Source of the DNA: Hamiltosporidium tvaerminnensis FI-OER-3-3
Lineage: Eukaryota > Fungi > Microsporidia
Assembly (NCBI GenBank): GCA_022605425.2
Contig: JAKIMF020000001.1
Location: forward strand, 1,054,001 to 1,118,000
DNA length: 64,000 nt
Direction of reading: 5' to 3'
Shown: in pieces, positions 27,591 to 37,711 of the stretch
Layout of the letters: each line of letters begins with the position of its first letter
Position numbering within the stretch: position 1 is the first letter of the stretch
The notes under the pieces: generated by a model
The model's database searches: none
The model's input: the letters and a program-made list of their open reading frames with translations, nothing else
What the model was told of the DNA's origin: nothing
Position numbers and translations under genes: made by a program

Positions 27591-27799
27591 TATAACCACA
27601 GATAAAAATCTAATATTATTCACACATTGAGCTAGGCATAGAAGAGTATGACTGTAAAGAGCCAAAAAGGTTGAATTTATTTGGATTACATAAATAAAAA
27701 AGATTTAGTTGGTATTTTAATCGAGTGTAGTTTATTTTGGTATACTACCAATTTTTCAGGTATAAAAAAAGTAAATTCTAAATCAAAAAATATACTTTA

Positions 27800-28520
27800 A
27801 TTAGAATCTAAATTAATCAAGTATATTTTTTATTCTAATTTCTCATACTTCTTTGGTAACTTTACTATCTTACTCCACATTTGAATTTCTTTTTTTTTTC
27901 TATATCGGTTCTCCAATGTGGTTACGTCATCTGAAATATGAGATAAAAAATTTTTGGTATTTTCTTTTTTAAAACCGAATCATCGTTGTTAATTGCTTTA
28001 AAAAAAGCTATTATATTCTGACCGCAGCTCCTTTCAGTAGACATAATGGTGTTTTATCCCAGATCTCTTCAACATTTGGTTCCGAATAATACCCTCTTCG
28101 CCAATCAAAATAAATCGTTTTGACTGTTTTCTGAGATTGTATCGGCCAAACGTATTCCTATCTATTCATAGACAAATATAAGCTTAAAAATACGTCAGAT
28201 GATATTTTGTTACAATACCTTTCCAGGTAACTACATAAAGAATTATCTCCACATACATTTATAAATAAAGCCTAAGTAATTTGCTAATATATTATAGGTT
28301 CTAGGTTTTTAAATTTCAAGAATGTAAAGATTTCTTGCATTGGATAGCTACTTGAGTAGGGGTTATCTTACCCAGCCTCTTATCTATTCCAAAAACTTGC
28401 CTTATTATTCTGCATTTTGATATCAGTTTTTATTTTGATTTATACTCTTATCACTGCATACTATATTTATTTTTATAAATATGATTTCTAGGATACGAAT
28501 TACATCTACTGTAAATATAA
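27800..28520 (-). mobile_element. Decayed 3' copy of the RLE non-LTR retrotransposon
   Basis: The minus strand at about 28200-28245 translates ILYVVTWKGIVTKYH, matching IIPYVMTWDGIVTKYH in the 38047-38277 ORF. Confidence 0.7.
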
Positions 28521-28934
28521 TTCCGATATTTAAGAAATATTTTCTTAAGATTATTGCGTTATATATTGTATTATAAAAAGATACATGAATTTTAGCTTGA
28601 TAAGAATAGAAGCAAAATCAAACAGATTGGTCACCGGTAAATCCGAAGCTATTTATTGTAAATAAAACATCTATTAAAATCATAAATAGGTACGATGAGA
28701 GCTAGAAAGAACTTTATGATAGTATATTTAACAGCAGGAACACAATAAATATCAATAAAAAAAGATTTAAATCCGAATGAATATCGAAATTATTATCCAA
28801 AAAAATTAAATTTAATTACCGAAATACAACCTATGACTCTAATTAAAGAGAAATAGTCAATCATAAGTTGGAAAAACCCGATAAAGTAGACTTGAGGATG
28901 GAAAGAAATCATTAAATATTAATTTAAACTATTT

Positions 28935-29006
28935 AAAACGATAATCTGGCTTCCAAACAAAATTCGGGTGAAAATACTCAAATACTGTTCGTTGAAACCA
29001 GATTAC
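28935..29006 (-). ncRNA. Candidate Pol III hairpin RNA, copy 1 (72 nt)
   Basis: GTAATCTGGTTTC pairs with GAAGCCAGATTAT; inner stems present; 3' end CGTTTT. CCACA lies 52 nt upstream (29058-29062). Confidence 0.6.
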
Positions 29007-29199
29007 TTGAAATGGTATAAAAATATTTATAAATAAAAATAAAATAATTTTTTATATTGTGGTTTCAATAAAGGAAATATAGAAAAAATCAATTTTTCTT
29101 CCAAAATCAGATTATTTTTTTATTATAAGAAAAATTTTATAACAATAAATTGGTTTTTTGTTAAATATCGAGATAATACTTGTTTTCTCTTAAAATATT

Positions 29200-29760
29200 C
29201 TTTTATTCCTTTAATATCTTTAAATTCTTGCGTAAAATATCTACATTTCAGATACGGTTATTCTTGGTTTCAACACTGTGGTTACGTCATTATATTTATG
29301 TAAAAAATATTTTTTTTCGTATTTACACATATAACCAATTATGACTGACTTAAATTTTTTTAAAGCGGATGTTTGTTGTTCAAGCCACTCTGCACCTTAA
29401 ATAACCCCCGTTGCTCAACCTCTTACTCTCTTAAACATATGATCATTATCGGGTCATTTTTTTTAACAAAGAAAATTGTTCAGACTAATGTTTTTGTGAA
29501 GTATCAAGTGGACATACAGCTCTATATTAATGGATATTGACGAATTTTTGGTATTTCTTATGGAGTTTTCCCATACACGACTTTAGATTATCGCATAAGA
29601 CGTCATCTAAACATTGCACATATGAATAAGATTAAACTCATTTTAAATAGAGTCATATTTCCTTGGTTTTTCGGCCAAAACCATTTAAAATATTTATGAA
29701 AAGAAGTCGCTTTTCAATGAATGGTATTCTACTTAAAATTTTACCTGACAAAAACATATC
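29200..29760 (-). mobile_element. Decayed 3' copy of the RLE non-LTR retrotransposon
   Basis: Shares GTGGTTACGTCAT and colinear blocks with 27800-28520. Degenerate EFNLIHMC (about ELGLIYKC) near 29620-29640. Confidence 0.55.
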
Positions 29761-29799
29761 GAGTCTATTATTTCGAAGCTTAATATTTTTTTTATTATG

Positions 29800-30930
29800 T
29801 TGTCTACTCTGACTTCTATATATTGATTATAATTAATTTATTAGGCGATCTCATCTAACCGTTTCGATTACCTAAAATAATTTATGTTTAAAAAAAGAAA
29901 GTGTAGAGAGCACATATCGACTTATGTGTTAATATAATCATGATCGAGTATCTTCTAACATCTTGTTGCTAAAGGATCTACAAAATTCATAGAATAATTT
30001 TCGTCTTTACACACACTTTCTGCTCCCGATGACAGTTTTATGCTGAATATTAAAGAACTCAGTTTTATCACGGATTTTAAGGTTACTTTATTTGAAAATC
30101 TAAGAAGTTATAATCACTTCCAAATCTTACCGATTCGAGAATAACATGATTTTGAAACTAGTCCCTCTTCTTCATTTTTAAATCCAAGTTAGCACAATGA
30201 GCTATTTCTAACTTCTTACTGTGAAATCCTTGGTATAACCGCAATTTGCTCGTGTGTCTTTTAAATGTGAAAGATTATTTAATATTTTTGTTATTCCTAA
30301 GATTTCCGCTTTTCTGGTGTACGCTTCTTTATATCTTTCATGACAATCTAGGAGTTGCAAAAACATAAGTTTGTTTTTGAATTCCAGACGATGTACATAA
30401 ATTCTAGATTCTTGAAGAGGAAATTTGGCTGTTCTTTAAAACATAAGAGTATGTGTTTTGTTATGAACTAAAACTGCACGCGCAGATACATGGTAGTTTG
30501 GACAGTTTTCAAATAAATTTTCAAGTTAAAGTATTTTAAATGATAAAGTATTAGCAAAGTTTCATCTGTATCGACATCTTATAAAAATTTAATCAAGTCA
30601 TCTTGGCAGAACGAATCTCTCTACTTCGCAATCAACCGTGTTTGCACTTTATGAATGAATAAATTATTGAATATCTCTGCTACTCTCGTAATTTCAAGAT
30701 ATTTTTTACTCACATTCCCTCAAAGAAAGAAGGCAAATCTTTTCATACAAATCCTTCATAGTCGAAACCTTTGTACCTATTTACAATTAAATGTTTTTCA
30801 TAAAGTTTTTCATTCCCTTAGCCAAATTTCAAGAAATGTTTTAACTTTAGCAAAGGGAATATTTCATCCTTAAAAAAAAGCTTAATATTAGAATGAGATA
30901 TCTTTGCATTTTTTGCCATTTTAGTGTGTT
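29800..30930 (-). mobile_element. Decayed retroviral-type (Ginger-like) integrase relic
   Basis: Weak traces of the H2C2 region and the integrase core, in the same order as in the 57802-59911 element. No ORF. Confidence 0.25.
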
Positions 30931-31239
30931 TCTAATTGATTTTCGACCCAAAAAACTATCCGTAACACAATTAATCTAGAAGAAAAACTATCTTTTGGCA
31001 TAAATTCTTCATACATCTCCTTTTCATGATTTTTTCAAGTTTTACCGACCTATAAATTAACCATTTTTATATTTTCACCTCAATAAATTAAGAAAAAATA
31101 AATAATTTGGGTTTTGATCCATGCTTTTATACACATCGATCTAACCGTCAAATGTTTTTGGACATCAATTTACATTGCAATTCAATTTATTTTAGAGATT
31201 TTTAATAGCGAACTTATCTGATTGTGTTCTTCCGCTCTT

Positions 31240-32700
31240 TTACACCACTGACGGAATATAATATGCTTAGGCTATTTTCCTTCGGGCGACCGGTTCAAGC
31301 TATACTACTTTTCAACTACACTTAGTTGTAAGCAAATGAAGATTAGGTATACAAGTCATTAGCCTGTAGCTAGGCACTTTTTGTTGTAAATATTTAGCGA
31401 TAGCATAAGTAAGCTACACTAAACCAATAAACTTTGATATTCCTTCCAAATAAATATAGGATTATCCATATCATAATGATATTTGTGAAGAGTTGCAAGT
31501 TTCTTGATATAAAAAATCTAGATACTTTGATTCCAGCAGCTTTCCAAGTAGAAAGCGAATAAATTCTGCCTAAGAGTTCATCAACCAAAGGAATGTGCTT
31601 GATGTATATATAATACATCAGTTATCAATTACCCAGCATATATAACTAATCTGGTAATTTTTTTGTATACTGTATACCAGGGACTTATAATGGCGTCGTG
31701 TTTGATCAAATACTCGGATCCCACAAGCTCGAATAGCCCGCGATATCTACCTTGAAATAACTCAAACATCATGGTTGATTTTAGGATCAACTTTCTACTT
31801 TCGTACATCCTAGATTTCCTTTCACTAAAAAGAGCCCATTCTTCATATTAGGACCAGGATGATACCATTTGTCTTGTTTTAAGTTAATATTAAACTCTCG
31901 CATAATTTTTTCGTGACTTTTTGATCTGAGAAAAAGATTTTTTTAATCAGTGTTGTCTATCGGGAAAATTGTTATGTTTTAACTCTGGGATGTTACTCAC
32001 GATGTTTTTTTGCAAGCGTACTTTTGCATTACTCGCGTTTTTCTAGCCATATCCTTCCTACATTGTGTGGAAGATTCGGGCGAGATCTATCATCGTCATT
32101 TATACATGAGAATCAGTATTTCCACTTACTATTCAATCAATTCTATTCAGAGTTTAGTTATCAAGTTTTCCATTTAGCAGCTTTCGAGTTTGACCTACTG
32201 ATTTTGGATTTATCTTCTCCGAAATTTCTTTAATTTTACTCAAATACTTTTTTCACGGATTTATGTACGAGTAGCATCAGATAAATAATGATTCAGTGAG
32301 ACAAGTGGCGATTAGAAGTCGCTCACTACCACTTTCCAGCCTAATTTCCCCTTGGTTAATTACATGCCGATTCTTTTGACACATTGACATTTCTGCTATA
32401 AGATAGCTTCTTGTTATAGTGCCTCTGTATCTATTTCATTAATTTTATAAATTTCTTTAAACCCTATCTGTAACCCAGAACCCAACACATCGATTGAATT
32501 CCTAATGTTCGATCTAAAAAATTCGAATATGAACTGGAGTATTACGAGCCTTTCGGACATAAATAAGGTACAAGAGTTAAACCTACTAGCTGCTATTTCA
32601 GATCCAGAGATCTCAGCGCTGGATTATGTTATAGTGAGATATGAAGGCAGGGTGACAAGAAAGCATACTAATGTGTTATAAATGATACTAGATGGTTTGT
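31240..32700 (-). mobile_element. Decayed N-terminal/RT half of a non-LTR retrotransposon (probably the same RLE family)
   Basis: WKAAGI (RT domain 0, KAxGxDG) in ORF 31394-31618, followed by a degenerate YR.MTCIPNL..LTTKC (RT domain 2, RPITC) near 31320-31370. Confidence 0.6.
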
Positions 32701-32903
32701 TGGAGTTTACTGGGTGGTTTATGCTTTATAAGGGCTTTTCCACTTAACTCGCTTCGTTTTTTTGGCTCGTTCCTGAGCCCGGACGGAACACGAACCAAGA
32801 GTAAATCGGTGGTTCACCTAGTTATGAGTGTTCCAATGGCATTTTTCGTTTAATTGGTCAAGTTTGCAGTCCGACGCAAACATTCTTGTACGAAAAATAA
32901 GAG

Positions 32904-32975
32904 CACACCAACCAGGGATCGAATCGGATCTTCGGATGTAAATTCCGATATATAATGCCACCAGATCATTTGCGT
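32904..32975 (-). pseudogene. Decayed tRNA gene (Gly-like body, anticodon unreadable)
   Basis: 72 nt. Acceptor ACGCAAA/TTGGTGT (6 of 7 pairs), A-box-like TGATCTGGTGG, perfect anticodon stem TCGGA/TCCGA with a 7-nt loop, TTCGATC T-loop with a damaged stem, T5 at 32893-32897. Confidence 0.55.
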
Positions 32976-33194
32976 ATTTGCTCTGCTTCACACATAATTT
33001 TATCTTTTTCCTTTTGCCCCCTACAATTTTTTTATACCCATTTTACCTCCACAATATTTCTTCGCGTTAATAAATGCCATCCCATGAATACAAACATCTG
33101 AATCAATTAAAAACAAAATATTAAATTTCCTTAAAAAAATATTTTTTTTAATTTACCTTAATTAAATTCTTATATATTTTTTTTTTCAAACCCC

Positions 33195-34667
33195 ATGGAA
33201 CTTTTAAATTGGGAAAATATTTACAATGTAGTCAGTAACTTAGATTCTGACAATAATGGTATGTTATTAATGTTAGAAAAAGAAGAAGAAGAATATAAAT
33301 TACACGGTGACTTACCTGACAATCTATCTAAAGATATAAAAACTTTTTTAAATAAAATAAAAGCAAAAGGTGACCTTTCCGAAGTATTTCTATTTGAAGT
33401 GAACAAAGACTATTCTCTTAACATTTCATTTATAGCCTTATGTGGTATTTCAAGTAAAAAAAGCAATTTGGCTGACTCTGTTATGCAAGCATCTGGTTTA
33501 GGGGTTGAAATTTTATCAAAAATAAAAATAACCGATATTGCAATTCCAGACTCAGAAATATTTGCTTCAGTAGTTCAAGGGGCAATTTTATCTTCGTATT
33601 CTTATAATTTTTTAAAAGAAAAAAAAGAAGAAACTAAAATTAGAATTGCACCATGGAAAAATGAAAACAATTTTAAAGAATCTGTTGAAATTGCAATTTC
33701 TCAAAACTTTGCCAGATTTTTAGCTGATACACCAGCAAATCTAATGACACCGAGTCATTTTGTTTCCTACGCTCAAAAATATTTGGATGATAAAAATGGA
33801 ATCTCGTTTGAAATTTATGAAAAAGATTTTCTTATTAAAAATAAAATGAATCTTTTTTTGTCCGTAACTGAAGGTTCAGAACAACCACCCAAACTTTTAT
33901 ATATCAAATATAAAGGAAATAATTCTGATAAAGTAGATCTTGGTTTGGTTGGTAAGGGAATTACATTTGACTCAGGGGGTATTTCTTTAAAACCATCTTC
34001 TAATATGGGTGACATGAAAGCTGATATGACAGGGGCAGCAGCTGTTTTATCTGTCATGGGGTTGGCATCTTTTTTTAAAAGAAAAATTAATATTTCTTGT
34101 GTCATTCCTCTTTGTGAAAATTTACCTTCAGGAAAGGCTTCAAAACCAGGGGATGTAAGAATTTCTATGTCTGGAAAAAGTGTAGAAATTGATAATACGG
34201 ATGCAGAGGGCAGATTGGTTTTAGCAGATGCAATTACTTTAATTCAAAAAGAAAAACCAGAATATCTTATTGATGTTGCAACACTGACAGGTGCTATATG
34301 TATTGCCTTGGGTCCTCTATATGCAGGATTATTTTCAAATGATTTTAAATTTACTGAAATGATAAAAAATGCAGGTATGAAAGCCAGTGAAGAGGTGTGG
34401 GAAATGCCGATAAATGAAAAATATAAGAAATTTATTACATCAAACGTGGCTGACTTAAAGAATACAGGAGAAAGTAGAGAAGGTGGATCTTGTACAGCAA
34501 CTGCATTTTTAAGTGAATTTGTTGAAGAAAATACCAAATGGGCTCATATTGATATTGCAAGTGTCATGTCAGGTTCAAAAGTAAATTCTAGTTTGTTTGG
34601 TAAAGGAATGACAGGCTATTCTGTTAGGTTATTGAATGCGTTGATGGAAACGTTGGAGAAAAAATAA
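33195..34667 (+). CDS. Cytosol leucine aminopeptidase (M17), 490 aa
   Basis: VGKGITFDSGGISLK, MKADMTGAAAV, NTDAEGRL, DVATLTGA and WAHIDIA motifs. CCCC-ATG. Confidence 0.96.
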   Translation: MELLNWENIYNVVSNLDSDNNGMLLMLEKEEEEYKLHGDLPDNLSKDIKTFLNKIKAKGDLSEVFLFEVNKDYSLNISFIALCGISSKKSNLADSVMQASGLGVEILSKIKITDIAIPDSEIFASVVQGAILSSYSYNFLKEKKEETKIRIAPWKNENNFKESVEIAISQNFARFLADTPANLMTPSHFVSYAQKYLDDKNGISFEIYEKDFLIKNKMNLFLSVTEGSEQPPKLLYIKYKGNNSDKVDLGLVGKGITFDSGGISLKPSSNMGDMKADMTGAAAVLSVMGLASFFKRKINISCVIPLCENLPSGKASKPGDVRISMSGKSVEIDNTDAEGRLVLADAITLIQKEKPEYLIDVATLTGAICIALGPLYAGLFSNDFKFTEMIKNAGMKASEEVWEMPINEKYKKFITSNVADLKNTGESREGGSCTATAFLSEFVEENTKWAHIDIASVMSGSKVNSSLFGKGMTGYSVRLLNALMETLEKK

Positions 34668-34724
34668 AAAAAGTTCGTTTCCATATTTAAAATTCCAAAC
34701 ATTTTTCTTTAAACCTTTTCTATA

Positions 34725-34880
34725 AATTATTTTCTATTAATTTTAAATTATAAATTTTCTTTTAATAAATTATTTTCTATTAAATTCAATTATAAATTTT
34801 CTTTTAATAAAACTTTTATATTAATTTTAATTGTAAATTTTCTTTTAATAAATTCTGTAGAATTTCAATTATAAATTCAT
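34725..34880. repeat. AT-only ~40-bp imperfect tandem repeat
   Basis: TAAATTTTCTTTTAATAAA recurs three times. Confidence 0.7.
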
Positions 34881-34978
34881 TGTTTCTATTCCTCAATTTA
34901 TTTTTGATAATAAATTTTTAATTTTTAATTGAATTCTCTTTCTATAAATTTTTTTCAAAATAAAAATTCCATTATTTT

Positions 34979-35170
34979 CCTTGTTTATACTTCTTTGTTT
35001 ATACTTCTTTGTTTATACTTCCTTGTTTATACTTCTTTGTTTATACTTCCTTGTTCAAACTTCCTTGTTTATACTTCCTTGTTTATACTTCCTTGTTTAT
35101 ACTTCCTTGTTTATACTTCCTTGTTTATACTTCTTTGTTTATACTTCTTTGTTTATACTTCTTTGTTTAC
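34979..35170. repeat. 14-bp minisatellite C(C/T)TTGTTTATACTT, about 13 copies
   Basis: Directly visible tandem array; it explains the two spurious ORFs here. Confidence 0.95.
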
Positions 35171-35284
35171 TTTAAAAATTAGATAAGAGATTAAAAAAAT
35201 ATAAAATTAGAAAAATAAAAGAAGATTTAAAGAAAAGTAAATCGGATAAAATAAAAAAAATAATTTAAATCTAAATTTACAAGT

Positions 35285-35515
35285 AAAAATAGAAAATAGA
35301 AAAATACCAAATTAAAAATTAAAAATACCAAATTAAAAAGACTGAAGGTAAAACTTAAAATAGAAAATAGAAAATAGAAAATTGAAAATTGAGAATAGAA
35401 AATTGAAAATTGAAAATTGAAAACTAAAGAAATATAAAACTAAAGAAATATAAAACTAAAGAAATATAAAACTAAAGAAATATAAAACTAAAGAAATAGA
35501 AAACTAAAGAAATAG
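35285..35515. repeat. A-rich tandem arrays (AAAATAG/AAAATTG 7-mers; AAAACTAAAGAAATAT 16-mer)
   Basis: Directly visible. Confidence 0.9.
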
Positions 35516-35538
35516 AACTTATAAAGTTACAAATCATT

Positions 35539-36765
35539 TTAATATCTCTCATTTATGAATCTCATCGATCCAATCTTATCATTGGAAGAGGATCCACTAT
35601 TATGAACTTTTAAATGTTGATTTAGGTTATCTGACCTAGCAAATGTTTTATAACAACCGGGGAATTTACATTTAAATGGTCTTTCTCCTGTGTGTATTCT
35701 ATAATGTCTTTTAAGATGTTCGAATCTTTTAAAGGCACTGTTACAATCTTTATAGTGACAAATGAATGGTCTACTGGATTGTCCTGTGTTCTGATTTATA
35801 TTTTGAAATTTAATTTTTTCATTTTTGTAATTAGAATCGGTTTCTATTCGATCGGGATGAATTAAATAAAAATCATCACAAAAATCTATTGTATTTGAAT
35901 TTATACTTTTATGAGCATTTTTTACAACTTTTTCTACAACTGATTCTACATATTCGTTATCCCAATCATTTGAAAAGGGATGTAATGTATTTACAGTGTC
36001 TGTATCTTCAAGAATTAAATCTGTTGGTTCTAAATTCATTAAAGAAGAATCGTTGAATGATGTGTTGTGATTTGTAGTTTGTTTATGTTCTTCTATGTTG
36101 TTTAAAGAAATATCTGACATAATTTTGTTGTCTTTGAAATATTTGAAAGATTTTGGTCTTCCTCGGGATATAGAATATTTTTTAACAAGAATATCAGATT
36201 TTTCTTTCTTAATTGGTTGTATATTCTTATCTTGTAATGAGATATCCTTTTGACTTCCCGTATTCGTATTAATTAGAGGTGTGTTGATATTCGATATGTC
36301 TAAATATTCGTTTCGTACTTTTTTCTGCAATTTAATAATTTCCGAATAAAATTTTTGATTTAACAAATTTAAAAGAACAACTTTTAGTTCTGAATTCTCA
36401 AAATCCTCATAAATATCTCCCATTTCACTACAAACAATTCTACTTTCAATTTCTTCATATAAATTTTTACTGATTAAAAAACCGTCTTTTTCTAAAAAAT
36501 ATTTTATCAAATTTACTGTGTCAGTAAACGGCAAATAATAATTTCTATTTACTATAAAAATAATAAATTTAAATGTAGAATTACTTTGCTCATCTTTTAA
36601 AATTATCTCATTTACTATATTTGTAGAATTATTTATTTCCTGAAAAATACTTTCTATTCTGTTTTCTAATGGTAAAATCTTCTTTGTATCGTCATTCTTT
36701 TTTCTGACTCTGTTTCTTACCATTTTTTTACTTTTTTTTTCTTTTTCTAAATAAATCTGAAACAT
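35539..36765 (-). CDS. Ste12/SteA-like C2H2 zinc-finger transcription factor, 408 aa
   Basis: Two C-terminal C2H2 fingers with helices FKRFEHLKRH and FARSDNLNQH, resembling fungal SteA fingers. The N-terminal segment YYLPFTDTVNLIKYF resembles a degenerate STE domain. The start could be the second Met (MVRNR). Confidence 0.8.
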   Translation of the reverse strand: MFQIYLEKEKKSKKMVRNRVRKKNDDTKKILPLENRIESIFQEINNSTNIVNEIILKDEQSNSTFKFIIFIVNRNYYLPFTDTVNLIKYFLEKDGFLISKNLYEEIESRIVCSEMGDIYEDFENSELKVVLLNLLNQKFYSEIIKLQKKVRNEYLDISNINTPLINTNTGSQKDISLQDKNIQPIKKEKSDILVKKYSISRGRPKSFKYFKDNKIMSDISLNNIEEHKQTTNHNTSFNDSSLMNLEPTDLILEDTDTVNTLHPFSNDWDNEYVESVVEKVVKNAHKSINSNTIDFCDDFYLIHPDRIETDSNYKNEKIKFQNINQNTGQSSRPFICHYKDCNSAFKRFEHLKRHYRIHTGERPFKCKFPGCYKTFARSDNLNQHLKVHNSGSSSNDKIGSMRFINERY

Positions 36766-37029
36766 TTAAATATCAAAAACCAATAAAAAATTCGTTATTT
36801 TTTTTAGATAAGAAAAGGAGATACTTTGTTAAAAAGATTGGATAATAAAATATCAGAAGAAATCAAACTTTTCACTATCCAGAAAACCAATATCAAGTAT
36901 TCTATCTCGTTTTTTTAATTTTGTATAATTTTTATTTTTTTAAAATTTGTTTTTTTTTTGTAATTTTTCAATTCATTTTTATAGATTTCTTACTTTTTAA
37001 GAAACTCAAAGTTTTTATCTTTGAAATAT

Positions 37030-37378
37030 GAGTCAATAGAAATAAAAGAATTGATTTAAGATTTTGGTAATCTTATTAAATAAAAAGTAATATTCAATGA
37101 ATCAATAGAAATAAAATTTAATTACGATTTATTTAAAAAATCTTAATTCATAATTTTAATAGAAAATATTAAACGAATCAATAGAAATAAAATTTAATTC
37201 AAAAGATTTATTTAAAAAATCTTAATCTTATTATTTCAAAACATTAAACGAATCAATGAAATAAAATTTAATTCAAAAGATTTATTTAAAAAATCTTAAT
37301 CTCATTATTTCAAAATATTCAATAAATCAATGAAATACAAAGAGTCTATTTAAGAATTTGATAATCTTATTATTTTAA
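37030..37378. repeat. ~74-bp imperfect tandem repeat, 5 units
   Basis: TCAAT(A)GAAATA recurs at about 37033, 37102, 37178, 37253 and 37327. Confidence 0.8.
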
Positions 37379-37598
37379 AAGAAAATTTATAAAAAGAAGA
37401 TGAAATTTGTAGAAAAAAAAGATTTTATTAAACATCTGTAATATAAGAAGAAACTTAAAAATAAAACATTTCTAATTAAATTGTAAATAAAATTTGTTTT
37501 TTTTTACAAAAATTAAATAAAAAATAAATTGAAAAAGAAAAAATAATTTTTTTTTTTTTAGAAAATTATTAAACAGAAACAAAAAAATAATTTTTTAG

Positions 37599-37708
37599 AA
37601 AAAAATGAGGCCGGAGCCTCACACCTCTCGAAGCACACATGTCGTCCTTGCGCAGGGGCCATGCTAATCTTCTCAGTGTTGTTCCAAATCAATAGCGTGG
37701 TTACCCAC
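37599..37708 (-). ncRNA. U6: U6 spliceosomal snRNA (variant ACUGAGA box)
   Basis: Minus strand: 5' stem-loop GTGG-GTAA-CCAC, then TTGGAACAACACTGAGAAGATTAGCATGGCCCCTGCGCAAGGACGAC (conserved U6 core with AGC triad and ISL), a 3' hairpin and a T7 Pol III terminator. Confidence 0.96.
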
Positions 37709-37711
37709 AAA

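Noticed and set aside
28941-29006. Hairpins as MITEs with terminal inverted repeats
   Set aside because: No TSDs, similarity extends about 100 nt beyond the stem on one side, and the G.U pairs are strand-biased.
34929-35186. Two hydrophobic repetitive ORFs
   Set aside because: They are translations of the 14-bp minisatellite.
36700-36725. ATG-GTAAGA as an intron right after a start codon in the zinc-finger gene
   Set aside because: The donor is not GTAAGT, the frame is open, and no branch point/acceptor is evident.
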